IMG/VR virus record: IMGVR_UViG_3300025009_001990
Coordinates: 4,211 to 68,210 of that record
Source: a virus
Strand: one strand, 5' to 3'
Length of the DNA stretch: 64,000 bases
The position numbers and the translations under genes are program-made. Shown piece by piece: positions 55,763 to 64,000 of this stretch. The notes beneath the pieces are model-generated. The model worked only from the letters and a program-made list of their open reading frames with translations, was not told the DNA's origin and made no database searches. Position 1 is the first letter of the stretch, and every line of letters begins with the position of its first letter.

Positions 55763-56693
55763 AATATTCCCATACTTTATCGACAATTCTCTGGTTTACT
55801 TTATTCTTTAAGAGAAATTGTTCCAGATTCTTTTCAAAGTTGATTCCTTCTACGACTTGTTGACCCAATTTCTCTACAAATGCTGATAATCTGATTTCTT
55901 TTTCTTCTGCTTTTTCAAGATGTTCTCTGGATAAAACATTTTGTTCAATTGGAATATATTTCTTTTCTACTCGACATTCCTCTGGATACCAAAGAAAAAC
56001 ACATGGCCTATGATCTATTTGGTCAGCATCATTTCTCATCAGGCTTCCAGCATTTACCAGTATCGTATTTTTTCTTTGTCCTGTAAATGTTTGATGGTTA
56101 TCTCCTGTTACAATCAAATCAAAATTTGGGAACTTTTTCAACACTTCATTCTTCTCCCAACCTTCACAACCAGGGAAAGGAGGATTTCCGTCATATATCA
56201 TCCCGTGAAAGAGTAATACAAAATAAGTGTCTTTTTTGAACTCTTTTTCTTCTTTGAAATCCCAATCAGGCTCTTTCAATTCTTGTCCATAGGGAATACG
56301 ATGAATAATAATTCTTTTTTCATTGATTCGAAAAGTATCTTTTGTTTGGATAATTCCTGCAGCTTCTAAAACAGACATGGCTGAATTATCATAATTCTCT
56401 ATTGTCTTTCCGGGCAAATCATGATTTCCGGGAACTGTAAATATTGGGGGAAGATTTTTAATTGCCCATTGAAGCAAAAAATGGGATGGATATTGTTTGT
56501 ATCGCTTGTCAAACAAATCTCCACCATCGAATATAGGACATTGAAGACTTTCAGACAAATCTTTCAGCCATTTTATCTTTCGTTGTAATGTTTCCCAATA
56601 GTTATCAATCCTGGAAACAGGAGGATACATTCGTAATTCAATATCGGCTGTTATTATTGCACTGGGAATTGATTTGTTATTTGACCGTTTCAT
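55722..56693 (-). CDS. Mre11/SbcD-like metallophosphoesterase nuclease
   Basis: GDLFD, PGNHD, GDNH and NAGSL motifs. Confidence 0.85.
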   Translation of the reverse strand: MKRSNNKSIPSAIITADIELRMYPPVSRIDNYWETLQRKIKWLKDLSESLQCPIFDGGDLFDKRYKQYPSHFLLQWAIKNLPPIFTVPGNHDLPGKTIENYDNSAMSVLEAAGIIQTKDTFRINEKRIIIHRIPYGQELKEPDWDFKEEKEFKKDTYFVLLFHGMIYDGNPPFPGCEGWEKNEVLKKFPNFDLIVTGDNHQTFTGQRKNTILVNAGSLMRNDADQIDHRPCVFLWYPEECRVEKKYIPIEQNVLSREHLEKAEEKEIRLSAFVEKLGQQVVEGINFEKNLEQFLLKNKVNQRIVDKVWEYYDNTNRIKTNTSL

Positions 56694-57543
56694 TTGTTAT
56701 TCCTTTTGGAATATGTCCTCTTCTCATATAGTAATATCCCATTATTTCTAATCTTTGTTGTTCTGTCCAACCAAATCCTTTTTGTTCATCTGTAACGATA
56801 TTTTTTTCTAATTGAAATAAATGATGATACCACATTGGATATACTGTAATTTTATGTTTTTTGATCCATTCACATCTAATCCAACTTTCCCTTGGATTTT
56901 CATTAAATCCAATCAAACAATACGAAGAGATATTTGATTTTTTAATTCCTGCAGCAATCAAAATATTTAAAGCATCTTCCCATTTACCTTTATAATCCAT
57001 ATGGTCTAATGCAAGTCGAACAGTCGGCTTTTTAATTTCAGAAATTCTTTTTGCATGATATTCTGTCAATAATCTCGAATCAATTCCCTGATTAAAATCG
57101 GCCCATTTATGTTTTATTAATTTATCAATTACCTTATCGAAATGATTTTTACTTGTAGCCAACAAATTGTTGTCAGTTATTATTGGTAAATCAGGGTAAT
57201 CTTGTAATTCTTTAATACCTCCTGATTCAACCTTTCCTATACCTATTGCGCAAAATTTACATTTACGAACACAACCTGTTGAGGTTCTTGTTGCTAACGG
57301 TTGTATTCGTTGAAGTACCCCTATTTCTTCTTTTCCTTCTGATACTCTTGAAATTTTATCAAAATATCCAGGAATTAAATATACAGCTGGACCACCGACA
57401 ATAACTTGTTTATTTTTATTGAATAAAGTTGGGCCAGTTAAAAACTTGAATACTTCCGGCAATTCCCATGTAAATGGGATTGATATTTTAAGGATATTGT
57501 TGTCTGTCCAATGTATAAATCTTTTTGGCCAATTATATTTCAT
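56677..57543 (-). CDS. Radical SAM protein (paralog 2)
   Basis: STGCVRKCKFC, DNNLLA and DFNQG; similar along its length to 2321-3235. Confidence 0.8.
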   Translation of the reverse strand: MKYNWPKRFIHWTDNNILKISIPFTWELPEVFKFLTGPTLFNKNKQVIVGGPAVYLIPGYFDKISRVSEGKEEIGVLQRIQPLATRTSTGCVRKCKFCAIGIGKVESGGIKELQDYPDLPIITDNNLLATSKNHFDKVIDKLIKHKWADFNQGIDSRLLTEYHAKRISEIKKPTVRLALDHMDYKGKWEDALNILIAAGIKKSNISSYCLIGFNENPRESWIRCEWIKKHKITVYPMWYHHLFQLEKNIVTDEQKGFGWTEQQRLEIMGYYYMRRGHIPKGITNETVK

Positions 57544-58588
57544 CTATCTGTTTTCCACAAGTTGGGCAATTTTTTGGAATATTTAATTTCTCTGCTTCTA
57601 TCTGCTTTTTCAAATATTCTCTTTTATTTAAACATGCTTGAATTTTCCTTTTGATTTCATAAACCGCTGTATATTCAGAATCAACAGTCTGGAATAGAAT
57701 TTGCTTTTCTTTTATTCTGTCAATCAGCTTTTCGACTTTTACTAATCCCTTTCCTTTCTTGGAAAGCTCTTTCTTCCTTTCTAATTCGTTGAAAATAGTC
57801 GAGACGTTACTTATATCACGTTTTATATTATCGAACGAATTAGACGTGGTTTCGGCTTTAAGAAATCGATTTTTAATCTCAGGTAAGTTTTTATATTTTT
57901 CTATCTCTATCTTTTTTCTTTCCAACTGCTTTTGAACCTTTGTTACCCCGGAAATTACAGAATTCAAATTCTGGATCATTCTCTCTGCTTCTTCACATTG
58001 GTTCAGCAATTCATTTACCGTAGGGAGATTTACATATTTTTCTAATTTTGTTTCAAGTGATTCAATTATATTTTTCTGATTTCCTTTTTCCTGATTTAGG
58101 GATTGGACATCTCTCTTTGCAGCAGAAAGGGTATTGTCTATTGAATCAAGTCCAACTATTTTATTTAATATTCTTCCTCGTTGGCCGGAAGTATCAAACA
58201 TTAAAAAAGCCCTGTCTATTTGAGATTGGAAGTTAGTTTCTTCCATATTGAAAACAGTGGATATTTCTTCAGGAACATCTCTGCCCGCATTGAATTCTTT
58301 TTTGCTTTCTCCTTCAATCAAAACATATTTGTTTACTGATCCGCTTTTTATCCTTTGAACTTCTTCTCCTGTATCGAAAAACACTTTTACTTTTGTTTCC
58401 CCTTCCCAAAATAACGGGAGCATATCTTTTCCCAGAGGGGTATTTGTTCGTGCGAAATTGAAAGCACGAAAAGCCCCTGATTTACCCCTATCTGATTCTC
58501 CGATAAAAACCGTAAGCCCTGGAGTCGGAAAATTCAGAATAGTTCTTTTATGTGATTCGTAATTATGAATTTCGATTTTAGTTATCAT
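57533..58588 (-). CDS. Rad50/SbcC-like ATPase, N-terminal half
   Basis: NYESH, Walker A GESDRGKS, Q-loop NFQSQ, coiled coil ending in the zinc hook CPTCG. Confidence 0.85.
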   Translation of the reverse strand: MITKIEIHNYESHKRTILNFPTPGLTVFIGESDRGKSGAFRAFNFARTNTPLGKDMLPLFWEGETKVKVFFDTGEEVQRIKSGSVNKYVLIEGESKKEFNAGRDVPEEISTVFNMEETNFQSQIDRAFLMFDTSGQRGRILNKIVGLDSIDNTLSAAKRDVQSLNQEKGNQKNIIESLETKLEKYVNLPTVNELLNQCEEAERMIQNLNSVISGVTKVQKQLERKKIEIEKYKNLPEIKNRFLKAETTSNSFDNIKRDISNVSTIFNELERKKELSKKGKGLVKVEKLIDRIKEKQILFQTVDSEYTAVYEIKRKIQACLNKREYLKKQIEAEKLNIPKNCPTCGKQIDEI

Positions 58589-59118
58589 AAAATTCCACGA
58601 GCAAATAAATGATTGACTATAATTCGGACACAAGTTTCTACAGGGAAAATTCCATATGTTGGAATAACAACATCACAATCGAATGGTATTTCATATTTAG
58701 AAGAAATCCCGGTAAAGTTTTTAATTTCTCCTGTTTTTGCTTTTTTATAAAGTCCTTTTACATCTCTTTTTATACATATTTCAATCGAGCAATCACAAAA
58801 TACTTCTATGATATTATTTCTTCCAATTATTTCTTTTATCATATTTCTATCTGATTCTAGCGGAGATATAAAAGCGGATATCGAAGACATATTTGCGTCA
58901 AGAAACAATTTAACTGTTTCGGCTACTCTTCGAAGATTTTCTTTTCTTCCCTCTGAACTGAAATTCAAATCTTTACAAAGTCCTTGTCTGATAATATCTC
59001 CATCAAATATATAGGGGTTTATTCCATAATATTTTTTTAAATACTTTTGTAAAGCAATTGAAATTGTAGTTTTACCTGATCCAGAAAGTCCGGTAAGCCA
59101 AATATTAAAGTTTTTCAT
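58585..59118 (-). CDS. cysC: Adenylylsulfate (APS) kinase
   Basis: WLTGLSGSGKTT, DGDIIRQGL, ENLRR, FISP, RDVKGLYKKA..NFTGIS..YE motifs. Confidence 0.93.
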   Translation of the reverse strand: MKNFNIWLTGLSGSGKTTISIALQKYLKKYYGINPYIFDGDIIRQGLCKDLNFSSEGRKENLRRVAETVKLFLDANMSSISAFISPLESDRNMIKEIIGRNNIIEVFCDCSIEICIKRDVKGLYKKAKTGEIKNFTGISSKYEIPFDCDVVIPTYGIFPVETCVRIIVNHLFARGIL

Positions 59119-59600
59119 TTTTTTAACTTGTTTAATAAATTCCAATATCGATACATCATTTTTATTCCAATTTCTCTATGTAATTTTACATCTTGTTTCT
59201 TTTTATGTATTATATTGGCCTTTCTAACTTCATAAACAAATTTTCTTTTTCCATTATCATTATAAATATAAACCCCGCAATATTCAGGAATTAAATCAAT
59301 ATCTACAAGACCTTTGGGAATAAGAAACGAAAAATAGTTACAAATTAACAAATTACTTCCTTCTTTTAACGCTTTATGTTTATTTGTATTACCGTTCCAT
59401 CTATTTCCAATTTTTTTGTTGAAATCTGCTTTGAAGTCAGATTTTGTTAATTTTATTTCAATCTCATCAATATAACCACTTGATCTGATTGCTATTATAT
59501 CCATTTCATTATATTTTACAAAAATATTTGGGGCAATGATTTTGTATCTTTTGTAAAAAGATTGATAAAAGGCAAGCTGAATATCACATACTTTTATCAT
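59115..59600 (-). CDS. PD-(D/E)XK MmcB-like nuclease
   Basis: EMDII..EIEIKLTKSDFKAD..NYF..IPEYCG. Confidence 0.65.
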   Translation of the reverse strand: MIKVCDIQLAFYQSFYKRYKIIAPNIFVKYNEMDIIAIRSSGYIDEIEIKLTKSDFKADFNKKIGNRWNGNTNKHKALKEGSNLLICNYFSFLIPKGLVDIDLIPEYCGVYIYNDNGKRKFVYEVRKANIIHKKKQDVKLHREIGIKMMYRYWNLLNKLKK

Positions 59601-60127
59601 AATTGTCCGCGTCTTGCCCATTCAGCAATTAATATCCCGTCAGCATCAGGTTTACAAAGAACATCCGGGAATAACCTTTTTCCGATAGACAGACTTGCCT
59701 TTTTTAATTGATCAGTTCCTTTTAATCCTGACGGGAGCATTATCTTTTGCCATTCTTTACTGTCAATATATCGCCTTGGAATATCAAGTATTTCCAGAAT
59801 AATTAAGGTTGATTCTAATGCTCTTAAAGCAGACATTGAGGCTTGGAATCTTGTTGGATTGACCATTGGTCTTTCGAGAAAAACAGACAGTTGATTTTTA
59901 TTTATCATGATTTCAAAAAAACATTTCAATTCTTTGAAATCAATACGAGAAATATTACCTTTTGTTTTAGTGTAGCTTTGTTCGGAGAAAATAGGTGTTT
60001 TAATTTGTCCGAATATATGATTGCCATTTTCATATCCGCTCCAACCTATTGTTCCAGAAATTCCATTATCTATTCCGATATAGATTTTATTTGCAGTAGT
60101 AAATGCTGGAGCTTTTTGTCGTCTCAT
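59597..60127 (-). CDS. RuvC-like Holliday junction resolvase
   Basis: IGIDNG, FLE, WQK and DADGILIA motifs. Confidence 0.75.
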   Translation of the reverse strand: MRRQKAPAFTTANKIYIGIDNGISGTIGWSGYENGNHIFGQIKTPIFSEQSYTKTKGNISRIDFKELKCFFEIMINKNQLSVFLERPMVNPTRFQASMSALRALESTLIILEILDIPRRYIDSKEWQKIMLPSGLKGTDQLKKASLSIGKRLFPDVLCKPDADGILIAEWARRGQL

Positions 60128-60136
60128 TATTATTCC

Positions 60137-60439
60137 TTAAAGATAAATGACATCTATTCCAATTTTTGTATTTACCATAACTGGAGTTTCAATGTATTTG
60201 GAAAATCTCAAATAGTCAGGATAAAATACTCCAGGTTTTTCTAAATGAATAGGAAGTATCATTACCCAACCTTCGCTTGGAGGGCAATTGTTATCAAACA
60301 TAAATTTTAGAATTGGAGGTTTATTTTCTGTTAACTCTTTTATTTTTTGGAGAGTTTTAACAGAAAAATTTGGATTGATGTTTTCAGGGAGATTTGAACA
60401 AGTAGTAGATGAATTGATCATTGATATAACCTCATCCAT
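60137..60439 (-). CDS. Hypothetical protein
   Basis: Operon packing. Confidence 0.5.
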   Translation of the reverse strand: MDEVISMINSSTTCSNLPENINPNFSVKTLQKIKELTENKPPILKFMFDNNCPPSEGWVMILPIHLEKPGVFYPDYLRFSKYIETPVMVNTKIGIDVIYL

Positions 60440-60657
60440 GCTATGGCGAAATAGCCAGATTGTTTTAGAAAAGCAATTTCAGAAATATGAACATTCCCAA
60501 GTCTTAATTGTTCCTGTTGAGCATTGAAAACTTTTGAATTTGATATTGTAAATCCTCCACTTTCAAGTTTTATCAATATTGGAAATTCTTCTTTGTTATC
60601 AGGAAGACGTTTCTCAATAGGAATCCAAAGATTTTGGAAAAGTTCTTTCTTGTTCAT
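60418..60657 (-). CDS. DUF551-like protein
   Basis: WIPIEKRLP..IAWM. Confidence 0.6.
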   Translation of the reverse strand: MNKKELFQNLWIPIEKRLPDNKEEFPILIKLESGGFTISNSKVFNAQQEQLRLGNVHISEIAFLKQSGYFAIAWMRLYQ

Positions 60658-60842
60658 TAATTGTATCCGAGGAATTTGTTAATTTTACTCAACGGTACTT
60701 TCTTTCCAGATTTCATTTCAGGATCTTTGGAACGAAAGGAAAAACATTCTTTCAAGAACAATGAAGTTTCAGGATAGATTTTGCATCCTTTGTTGCCTTT
60801 ATTATTTTTGCAAATCGGACAAAGAAATCTATTTTCTTCCAT
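60657..60842 (-). CDS. Small Cys-containing protein
   Basis: CPIC; GAGG RBS. Confidence 0.5.
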   Translation of the reverse strand: MEENRFLCPICKNNKGNKGCKIYPETSLFLKECFSFRSKDPEMKSGKKVPLSKINKFLGYN

Positions 60843-60843
60843 A

Positions 60844-62001
60844 TCAGTACCTCGACTTTCTTTTTAATAAAAGAGAATCTTCAATTTGATTCCAGACTTT
60901 TTGAACAACCCTTTTCAATTTTGATTCAAGTCCTAATTCTTCGATCTTTCGAACCAGCTTGTCTTTTCCGTTTTCCCTCAAGTCGAGTTCAGGGGCTTCT
61001 ATCCAAGATCCACTTTTCCAATGCTTTTCGGTTAAAAGAAAATCTACCATAGATCCATTGTCGTCAATTCCCATGTCGTAATAAATTGGAAATTCAACAT
61101 CACGGAGTTTCCCAGTAACAGAATTTTTATCCATTCGAACAAATGAATTTACCCCAATTTTTCTTCCATCCTTTTTGATCGATCCCCTTTTTGATAAATA
61201 AGGGCGGATGTGAGAATAATAATAAGGGGATTCACCGCCTGATGTCGTAAAAGGTGATTGGCCTGGCATTGGATTCATCTTTTGCCGTAGTTGCTGGGTT
61301 AGAATAAAAATTGAATCTGTATCAGCAACAACCCCATTTATCATACGAAGGATTTGACCTAATATTTTTGCTTTCTCTGCATTGAAACTTCCGGCTATTT
61401 TATTTGCTGCTTCTGCGCTTTTTGCTGACGCAATCGCTCTTCTCATTTCCTTTTCCAATTCTTCATCGGTGGTAAAAGCATCAAGGCTGTCAGCAATATA
61501 GATAAATTTCTTCCCAGCCTTTTTCAAAATTAACATTCTATTCTTCAAATCTTGAATAGTATCTGAAATTCCCGATTCTTCCTCGTTTTCTGCTACATCC
61601 TTATATAACATTCCTGACGGAGTAATGAGTCTATCAAGGAGAGGAGGAAATAGTTTTTTTAAATTGAAGTCCATCCTTCTTTCAACGTCATCATAAATCA
61701 AATCATATTCATTTAATTCTTCATCAAGACATGCTTCCGTAAATGTTGATAATACAACAATTGTTTTTCCTGCTGCTGATTGACCTGGAAGAGTTGAAAT
61801 TTTTCTTCTTGGCCACCCCTTTTTAACATTCCCGGTCATGGCCAAATTCAACATAGTACTGCCGGTTGAAAGGAAGTTTTTGTATTCGTTTTCAGGTTCT
61901 TCTCTTCTATTCCTGATTCGTTGTTTCATCTGGTTGACTAGTGGTTGTTCCTGATTCGATTCCTGATTGTTGAATTTCGTTCGCTGTCTTCTTTCCGCCA
62001 T
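60844..62001 (-). CDS. RecA/UvsX-like recombinase
   Basis: STGS..LNLA, GQSAAGKT, DSLDA, QLRQ, TSGG and KN..P..YDMGID motifs. Confidence 0.85.
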   Translation of the reverse strand: MAERRQRTKFNNQESNQEQPLVNQMKQRIRNRREEPENEYKNFLSTGSTMLNLAMTGNVKKGWPRRKISTLPGQSAAGKTIVVLSTFTEACLDEELNEYDLIYDDVERRMDFNLKKLFPPLLDRLITPSGMLYKDVAENEEESGISDTIQDLKNRMLILKKAGKKFIYIADSLDAFTTDEELEKEMRRAIASAKSAEAANKIAGSFNAEKAKILGQILRMINGVVADTDSIFILTQQLRQKMNPMPGQSPFTTSGGESPYYYSHIRPYLSKRGSIKKDGRKIGVNSFVRMDKNSVTGKLRDVEFPIYYDMGIDDNGSMVDFLLTEKHWKSGSWIEAPELDLRENGKDKLVRKIEELGLESKLKRVVQKVWNQIEDSLLLKRKSRY

Positions 62002-62179
62002 TGAGATACCTCATAAATTGTTCAGGAAACGTATACCACTTTCCTCCATCCCCACCTAATTGAAAACCGAAATTGAAAGAACAAATCCATCTAATCAAAG
62101 TCGGTCTGCTTACTTCAATTCCGATTTTTTTCGCTTCTTCTATTGATCTTGTAAGTGTCCAATACTTTTTTGTTTTCAT
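61907..62179 (-). CDS. Small HTH DNA-binding protein
   Basis: GIEVSRPTLIRW..GGKWY. Confidence 0.5.
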   Translation of the reverse strand: MKTKKYWTLTRSIEEAKKIGIEVSRPTLIRWICSFNFGFQLGGDGGKWYTFPEQFMRYLNGGKKTANEIQQSGIESGTTTSQPDETTNQE

Positions 62180-62193
62180 ATATTTCTTTTCCA

Positions 62194-62224
62194 AAAATCC
62201 GGGGATTAAATTTCCCCGGATTTT
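62194..62224. terminator. Intrinsic terminator hairpin downstream of the SSB gene
   Basis: AAAATCCGGGGA/TCCCCGGATTTT inverted repeat with T-tracts. Confidence 0.75.
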
Positions 62225-62249
62225 ATTATTACAAAACGTTCAGGAGAAT

Positions 62250-63374
62250 TTAAAAGGGTATATCTTCTCCGGTTGTTCTCCTATTTTTTTTTGACTTCTT
62301 CGATTCTGCTTCCAGCCTGTCTTTTTCATCACGGCAATCATCCCACTTGTCGCAGGAATCACATTCATCTTCGGTATCATTGTCTTTTCCGAAGATGAAT
62401 CCTGATGGGCATTCGTTGTCGTCTTCTTTTTGCTTTCTTGTTGAAGTTTTCTTGCTGGTTGTTTTCTTTTTCTCCTCAGGTTCATCCTCAGGGTCATGGT
62501 CATGGTCATGGTCAGGTTCATCTCTTTTTGAAGATTTACGTGTTGTTGTTTTTGTGTTTCTTGATGATTTTTCTTCCTCATCTTCAGGCTCGTCTTCCAT
62601 TCCATCTTCCAGCTCGAAGAATTTCTTTTCCATTTCTTCAGGAGTCAAAATCCTCAAAGCAGCATCGAGATCGACTGCTTCTTCCAAAATGCTTGCGTCC
62701 AGATCGTCCCTTTCTTCAAAGTCAATTCGGGCAATTTCAGGAAATTTATGCCCCTGGAAAGATCCTTCAGAAAAGCGGGCTTTGATCGACAACCCGTTTT
62801 CAAAATCACCATAAAACCGATCATCGAAATCGGCAGATTGAACCCTGTCCTCATCGTCAAGCATAAACCCGAATTGATGTGGAGACATCTCAAACAATTG
62901 AATTCCTTTGTCTTCGTCATCGTGATCCAAAAGATTGAAAATTTGACGCTGCTTTGGCTTCAGGCTTTCAGCCAGTTCTTTGTCGTCACCATTTTTGATT
63001 AGCTTTTCCCGATATTCACAAATTGGACATTTTTTGTTTTCACTTTGTTCAGTCTTTTTCAGGCATACAAACCTCTTTCTATCGTCTCCAGCCCCAACAA
63101 CATGTTGCCAGTATGTGCATTCATGCCACAATTCATGAGGTGTTTGAAATGGGTGATTCTCGATTGAGACAACATAAGGGATTATTGAAAAGTGGTTTTT
63201 CCCCTTTTCTCCACGGCCCTTTTTCGGCTTGAAGAATTCAATGTCTTGAGGAAGGTTTTGAAGGGTATCAAGTCCACCACCACTTCTTTCTCTTGTTTCT
63301 GCTGCTTGCCTTGCCTTGTCCCGGATAGATTGTCGATTCTTTTTTCCTGAACGTTCTCTGTCACGTCTTGCCAT
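62250..63374 (-). CDS. Single-stranded DNA-binding protein (gp32-like)
   Basis: H..VCL..CPICE zinc site, acidic tail ending EDIPF; between UvsY-like and RecA-like genes. Confidence 0.7.
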   Translation of the reverse strand: MARRDRERSGKKNRQSIRDKARQAAETRERSGGGLDTLQNLPQDIEFFKPKKGRGEKGKNHFSIIPYVVSIENHPFQTPHELWHECTYWQHVVGAGDDRKRFVCLKKTEQSENKKCPICEYREKLIKNGDDKELAESLKPKQRQIFNLLDHDDEDKGIQLFEMSPHQFGFMLDDEDRVQSADFDDRFYGDFENGLSIKARFSEGSFQGHKFPEIARIDFEERDDLDASILEEAVDLDAALRILTPEEMEKKFFELEDGMEDEPEDEEEKSSRNTKTTTRKSSKRDEPDHDHDHDPEDEPEEKKKTTSKKTSTRKQKEDDNECPSGFIFGKDNDTEDECDSCDKWDDCRDEKDRLEAESKKSKKNRRTTGEDIPF

Positions 63375-63401
63375 TTTTGTTTCCTTTTTGGTTGATGTTT
63401 G

Positions 63402-63896
63402 TTATTTTGTTCTCTTGAGCTTTCCTGCCGCTCTGTTTCTCACTTGAGTTTCGGTTCGTTCTCGTTTGTTGTCAAGTTCCTCCCGTATATTTCTGGGTTC
63501 AGACGGTCTTGCAAAATAGTCAGCAAGACACAACTTTGTCAATTGTTCCAACATCGATTTTCGTTGATTGAAGGCAAATACAGCAGAGTTGGCAATATTC
63601 ATTTCGTATTCAGCTTCAACAAACTGTTTCTTTGCTTCAATGTGCTTTGGATGGGTTCTGTAGAAAGCTTCAACCTTTTGCGCATTAGAAAGTTCTTTCA
63701 TTCCTCCTGCGAGTTTGATAAGTTCCGATCTGATTACTTTTACATTTTCGTAGGCTATTGCATAATTTCTTTTTGCAACAGCTTCTCTCTTACTGTATTT
63801 TGAAAAGAGAGATGCTTGCCGCAAACATTCGATGTCTAGTTCATCTGGATCAATTTCAATATCTTGCAAATAGTCATCTTCGTCTTCTTCTTTCAT
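63402..63896 (-). CDS. UvsY-like recombination mediator
   Basis: Helical; IDPDELD.E..RQ..AFNQRKSML pattern; next to SSB. Confidence 0.5.
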   Translation of the reverse strand: MKEEDEDDYLQDIEIDPDELDIECLRQASLFSKYSKREAVAKRNYAIAYENVKVIRSELIKLAGGMKELSNAQKVEAFYRTHPKHIEAKKQFVEAEYEMNIANSAVFAFNQRKSMLEQLTKLCLADYFARPSEPRNIREELDNKRERTETQVRNRAAGKLKRTK

Positions 63897-63904
63897 TTAA
63901 TTCC

Positions 63905-64000
63905 TCATGGTCGAATTGATTCATAGCAAGCCATCAACAAGTCATATTCAGCATTGTCATAAAAAGGTCTGCGGAATGCGTCCATAATGACGTAGGCTTG
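63905..64000 (-). CDS. C-terminal end of a gene cut by the window edge, possibly clamp-loader (DnaX-like)
   Basis: ..QAYVIMDAFRRPFYDNAEYDLLMACYESIRP*; only 31 aa visible. Confidence 0.35.
   Translation of the reverse strand, partial: QAYVIMDAFRRPFYDNAEYDLLMACYESIRP

Noticed and set aside
1-64000. Genome-wide TGA reassignment
   Set aside because: Many genes end in TGA with ATGA/TGATG coupling to the next gene (terL, cysC, methyltransferase); only one clear in-frame TGA was found.
1-64000. tRNA genes, integrase/att sites, IS elements, introns or inteins
   Set aside because: None recognised by eye; tRNAscan and HMM searches would be needed to exclude them formally.

Overview
The window is part of a tailed dsDNA phage genome with siphovirus-type morphogenesis (tail tube and tape measure, no sheath). 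It is AT-rich overall and shows no integrase, tRNA, rRNA or CRISPR array. It has three blocks. (1) Minus-strand early/replication arm, 1-13.6 kb: IbrA/IbrB-like PAPS-reductase and ParB pair, radical SAM, DnaB-like helicase, DnaC-like loader, iteron-containing initiator, primase, SNF2 helicase and a hexapeptide-repeat protein. A type III hammerhead ribozyme sits in its leader. (2) Plus-strand late arm, 14.0-48.7 kb: terminases, portal, a GC-richer insert of three signal-peptide-bearing proteins, head genes, a glycosyltransferase/methyltransferase/sulfotransferase cluster directly after the major capsid gene, then neck, tail and lysis-type genes. (3) Minus-strand DNA-metabolism arm, 48.6-64 kb: SleB-like hydrolase with an in-frame TGA, thymidylate synthase, split Rad50 with Mre11, second radical SAM, APS kinase, RuvC-like, RecA-like, SSB and UvsY-like genes. 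The best candidates for new biology are a putative sulfated and methylated virion-glycan pathway with its own PAPS supply, a short (M)KRTK motif shared by many unrelated proteins, exported fibre-like proteins in the head module, and several RNA elements. All product calls come from motif recognition and gene context; no database searches were run.
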